Positions 59,549 to 64,000 of a DNA stretch of 64,000 nucleotides are shown piece by piece; positions within the stretch are counted from its first letter, which is position 1; each line of letters starts with the position of its first letter. The notes under the pieces were generated by a model. The model was given only the letters and a program-made list of their open reading frames with translations, did not search any database and was not told where the DNA came from. The DNA is from Chrysomallon squamiferum (lineage: Eukaryota; Animalia; Mollusca). The stretch lies in assembly GCA_012295275.1 (NCBI GenBank), contig CM022668.1:2604001-2668000 (forward strand), given 5' to 3'. The translations under genes and the position numbers were made by a program.

Positions 59549-60493
59549 AGACACACACACACATACACACACACATACACACACACAAACACACATGCAC
59601 ACACACACAAACCCAGATACACATACACACACACAAACCCAGACACACAAACACATACACAGACACACACACAGACAGAGACACACATGTGCACACATAC
59701 ATGCAAACTCAGAGATACATATCTACATAAACTTACATAAAAAAAAGTTACATGACAGAATTCTACACCAAAGTCAGAGTTGTGTACATCATTGTACAGT
59801 GTTTTCACAAAAGTATGCAAAATATTTACCCCACACCTACATAATTTTACACAGGAATATTCATGAATATTTGTTCAAACAGGTTTCTGTAAAATTAAAT
59901 TTTTTCTTCAGCAAAATTCACACCTCACTGATTTGTTACTTGTAAGGAAACATTTAGGTCAAGGTTGAATGAACTTTATAATAAATTTAATATTTGGAGA
60001 GGAAAAAAAAAAGGAAATAGGAGTTCTTTCATAACGTACTTTGTGTATTATTTGTGATATTACAGGTAGACATCTTTCATAACTTACCTTTGTATATTAT
60101 TTGTGATATTGCAGGTAGACATCAAAAGAAAGTTTGTTATCTATGAAAACAGACAAAAAGGAACAGTCAGTAAGACTTGTTAAATGAAAATAAAATATGT
60201 TCTGTTTGATTGATGATTATGATTGTGATGATTATCTTGTTGCAGTTATTCTGAGATGATCTAATATGCCACTTGCAGTTGTTCCGATTGCAAAAATGTT
60301 GCTGTTGTTGTAGTTGTTTCTGTAGTGGTGGTAGTTGTAGTAGTAAGAGCAGTGGAAACAGTGGAAGTAGTAGTGGCAGTTGTGTTTAAGATGGTGAAAG
60401 TAGTAGTAATTGTTGTAGTAGTAGCAGTAGCAACTTTAGTTGTATACAAAAATAATTATTGACTTATATTTAATATTTTTATGTTTGTCATTA

Positions 60494-60554
<61 letters not shown>

Positions 60555-61514
60555 TAATATTATTATTGTTATTATTATTATTATCATTATTATTATTTTA
60601 TTTGTTTTCATTTTGAAAACATGAAATAATTTCATTAAAAGTTATTTCTTGTAAAGTGCTGCTTTCAATCAACACCTGATTGATTGCGTTGTCACCTGTT
60701 TTACCTGCTTCGTTACTGATCACCTGACAGGTGAGATGATGCTGTCCAAACAACTACTAATCTTTCACAATTATTCTGTGATGAATAAATTGCTGAATTA
60801 AGAAAAAATTTCTCACAGATTTTCAGCCACGTTAAGAAGGCTGCCATTTTTCCTTGCTGCTGTCAAACATACAATACGAGCAGATTGTTTCTATTTTTGG
60901 AATAATTGTTGTTTATTGTACACTTGAAGTAAACAGAGATTATGCACCTGTGTTCTTACAGAACTCATTGATTTTCACTCTTTCTCAATGATTTATTAAT
61001 TATTTCTGTCAGACCAAGAGTTGTATTGATTCTTCCTGCTTCTTGATGTGATATTTGTGTTTGATAATCATTTCTCCACTTTCACAGATTTGGGACATTT
61101 TTTAATTCAATAACTGGGGTGGAGGGACAGGATGAAAATGGTTAACTAAGTCAGTAACTTGTGGGTTTCTCCTTTTTTTTTTCTTCCTTAGTTGTAACAG
61201 CTAGATGATAAAAGGTGTAGTTTTAATGTTCTTAGAAAATAGAAAAAAAGAGATGAGAGGGGGGTGATTCTAATGTAACCCTTGAAGAGGGGACAGGTAA
61301 AAACAAAAAACAAAAGAAAGAAAGAAAAATAATATGTTTGTTGTATAATCATGTGATGATGGTGTGTAATTATGTCTCTATGTATGTGTGTGTATTACTG
61401 TGTGTATGTGTATGCATGTAACTCATTGTATGTGTGTGTATTACTGTATAAACAGCTGACCAGTAAAATATTCAGTTGTGACAAAGTCACACCAGGAATA
61501 TTTCAGTTTCTGCT

Positions 61515-61845
61515 ATCACTTTATATGTGAAATAACTTCATATGTGAAATTATTTTATATGTGAAATCACTTTATAGATGAAATCAATTTTATATGTAAA
61601 ATCATTTTATTTGTGAAATTATTTTATATGTGGTATGACCTTATATGTGAAATTACTTTATATATGAAATCACTTTTATATGTAAAATCACTTTATGTAA
61701 TTATTTTTAATGTGTAATCGGTTTAACTGTGAAATCACTTTTATATGTAAAATCACTTTATATGTGAAATCACTTTATGTGTGGATTCACTTTTATATGT
61801 GGAATCACTTGTATATGTGGAATCACTTTTTTAATGTGGAATCAG
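61515..61845. repeat. 18-19-bp minisatellite (tgtgaaatcactttata), ~17 copies
   Basis: Direct inspection. Confidence 0.85.
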
Positions 61846-63234
61846 TCACTCTCGGTCAGTGTGACTGTGAGTTGAGTCAGACTGGATCAATTCAGGTGTT
61901 TTCACTCACAGAACACAAACAAAGAAAACTTTGATCAATTCGTCAAACCTCGTTCATTTTTTTTTTTTTTTTTTTACTGTCGATTCATTCTGCACACAGA
62001 CTTTTCCACAGGGGACGTAGCAAGTTTATCTCACACTCAGCTTATTAAATATCAGAATCTATTACACACATCTCTACAACATCAATATGATCTAGCAGAT
62101 CATTAATCTGTAGTTTATGATGGAGGAAGTCTATGACTTTGTTGTGGTGTTTATTGGATAATGTAGTTAATTGTGTTAATTCATACCAAGCTGTGGAATA
62201 GAAGTCGTATTATTCATCGTTTGGTTATATTTCCAAGTCTCACTTGTCAAGGTTGTGATTTTGTTTTTTCATGGATTTTATGAAGTTGTGATTTTGTTTT
62301 TTTTTGCTTTTGCCATCTTCTGGGTTTAGAATATTTGTGAGATTCTTATTTTACAAAAACAGTTTTCAAGATGTTGTGAATATTACTTTACTACATTGCT
62401 GGGTTTTTTTTAATTTTAATTTAAAACATTATTTTAACACTTTTTGTGATTTAATATATGCCTCTAAATTGTGTGATTGTTTTTTAAATTTAAATATTTT
62501 ACTTTTTTAAAAAAATGTTTTAATCTACTGGACTATATCACTAAATAATTACAGATCTGTGAAAACTAAAAACATTTTGAGATTTTCTAAAGTTTTGTTT
62601 CATTCAGAGTTGAGATTTTGTGTTTATCAATCTGAATTACTGGGATTGAAGTGAAAACAAAATTAAATTTTAAAACCTGAAATAAAAACATTGATAATTT
62701 TGTTTTATTAAAAAAAAAAGAAAAAAGGTTACAATAAAGAGATTTAAAAAAAAATCTGAACTAATTAAATAATTATAATTATTCTTTAATGGTTTCTTGG
62801 GTTGTTTTTTTTTGTTATTATTATTTAAAAGTTTTTTCTTTCTAAATTAAGTAAATAAATAAGAAAATAAATTAAGTTAATATAAATAAAATATTAAATA
62901 AATAGATAAATAAAATAAAATATATAAAAAAAAAAAAAAAAAGTAAAGAAAAGAAAAGAAAAAAAAAAAAAAAAAAAGAAGATAAAATTAATAACACGAA
63001 GAACAGAAGAACAGGAAGAAGAAAAAGAAGAAGATTTACAAAATCTTTTCTTCATTTCCTTACAACCAGCATCAATCAGACCCCAGGAGATAAGAAATAA
63101 AACTCTTTTGAAGAGTTCTAATTAACAAAGTCTGTGGGAGCCCAAGTCTGTGGGAGGAACAGGAGAGAGGGGGGGGCTTACCTCACAGTGATATTCAATA
63201 CCCCTCCCCCGCGGGAACTCCGGGTGCCCCCCCA

Positions 63235-63248
63235 CCACCAGGGGGCGC
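63235..63248 (+). promoter_or_regulatory. CTCF-binding motif CCACCAGGGGGCGC
   Basis: Perfect match to the CTCF core consensus, inside a CpG-retaining GC-rich island. Confidence 0.7.
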
Positions 63249-63254
63249 TGTGCA

Positions 63255-63347
63255 ATGAAAGACATGTCTCTGCTGTGTAACGGATGTGTCCAACAGCAGG
63301 CGAAGTCTCCAGATGTGGAGCTCGGAGATTTCTCCTCCTCCAGAATG
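63255..63347 (+). CDS. Candidate first coding exon or uORF MKDMSLLCNGCVQQQAKSPDVELGDFSSSRM
   Basis: ATG at 63255, 31 codons, donor ATG|GTAAGC at 63348 in phase 0; lies within the GC-rich island. Confidence 0.4.
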
Positions 63348-63429
63348 GTAAGCATTTCAAAACTCGCCCGATTCAATTCGGATTACTGGCTTTTTTCAGT
63401 CATGTTTCCTGCGTCCATTTTCTGAAACA

Positions 63430-63453
63430 ATGGGAGGTGCCACAACAAAGCCT
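63430..63453 (+). CDS. Putative alternative first coding exon MGGATTKP (N-myristoylation consensus)
   Basis: Strong start context acaATGG; Gly2, Thr6 and Lys7 fit MGxxx[ST]K; donor CCT|GTAAGT at 63454 in phase 0; Inr-like TCAGTC at 63396-63401. Confidence 0.55.
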
Positions 63454-64000
63454 GTAAGTAGGTTTCTCTCATAGAAAACAAAAAACTTCTTGTAAAGTTT
63501 ATTTTGTACAACAGGAGCTTTAAAGTAGTTTGATACATACTGAAAATGACAATGTGTTTCTGATTGTTTTTAATGGGAGGAACTATGATGAAATCAGGTA
63601 ATAGGTTTATCTATTTAAAAAAAAAGAAGGTGGTCGTTTTATTTTATTTTTTAAAACTCATCAAAGTTTTGTTTTTGTTTTAAAAAAATAGGAGGGATTT
63701 GTTTATTTTATACTGAAGCTCAGAATTTTGTTTAGAAAATCACATCAAAAGCTAGGTAGAGCTACTTAAAGAATAAAATATTTCTTATAAACTTCAGAAG
63801 TTTGTTTATTTTAAATAGCAAGAATCTTAAAGTAGGTTTACATATATATTATTAAAAAATCACAATTTACCTTTGTAGTTTTTTTCAATAGAAAAACTAT
63901 AATGAAATGTAGAAGCAGATTAATCTATTAAAAAAGTATATATATGTATATCAAAATATTTATCAAAATTTGGGTGTGTACTTAAAATTATTTTTCATAA

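Larger units (their letters stand above)
63125..63430 (+). promoter_or_regulatory. GC/CpG-rich island, putative internal promoter
   Basis: Sharp rise in GC and CpG content, G/C runs and a CTCF motif, flanked by extremely AT-rich DNA. Confidence 0.6.

Overview
Eukaryotic (animal) genomic DNA: very AT-rich, strongly CpG-depleted and packed with micro- and minisatellites. It looks invertebrate, possibly molluscan (inference only). It is not prokaryotic: no operons, CRISPR arrays, rRNA/tRNA or recognisable transposases were seen, and almost every ORF in the supplied track is a microsatellite translation artefact. The window is mostly intron of one large + strand gene. Two small exons (6260-6371, 13755-13792) splice in phase to give PEEPKPLRHAFKLYHFRRPHTCFVCKQLVWNQGSACQ-ICRYICHRKCELE, a C1 zinc-finger domain that resembles the N-terminal C1 of tensins (TNS1/2). 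The exon carrying the last Cys was not found. The following ~50 kb holds several candidate ATG-bearing alternative first exons that end, like the second C1 exon, in phase 0 (26708, 58560, 63255, 63430). One encodes a canonical N-myristoylation signal (MGGATTKP), and two of the loci carry near-perfect CTCF motifs ~180-195 bp upstream of an ATG. The window also contains RFX X-boxes, a repeated ETS/YY1-like motif and CpG-retaining islands. The best hypothesis is a multi-promoter gene that swaps N-terminal targeting modules; this needs RNA-seq/CAGE confirmation.
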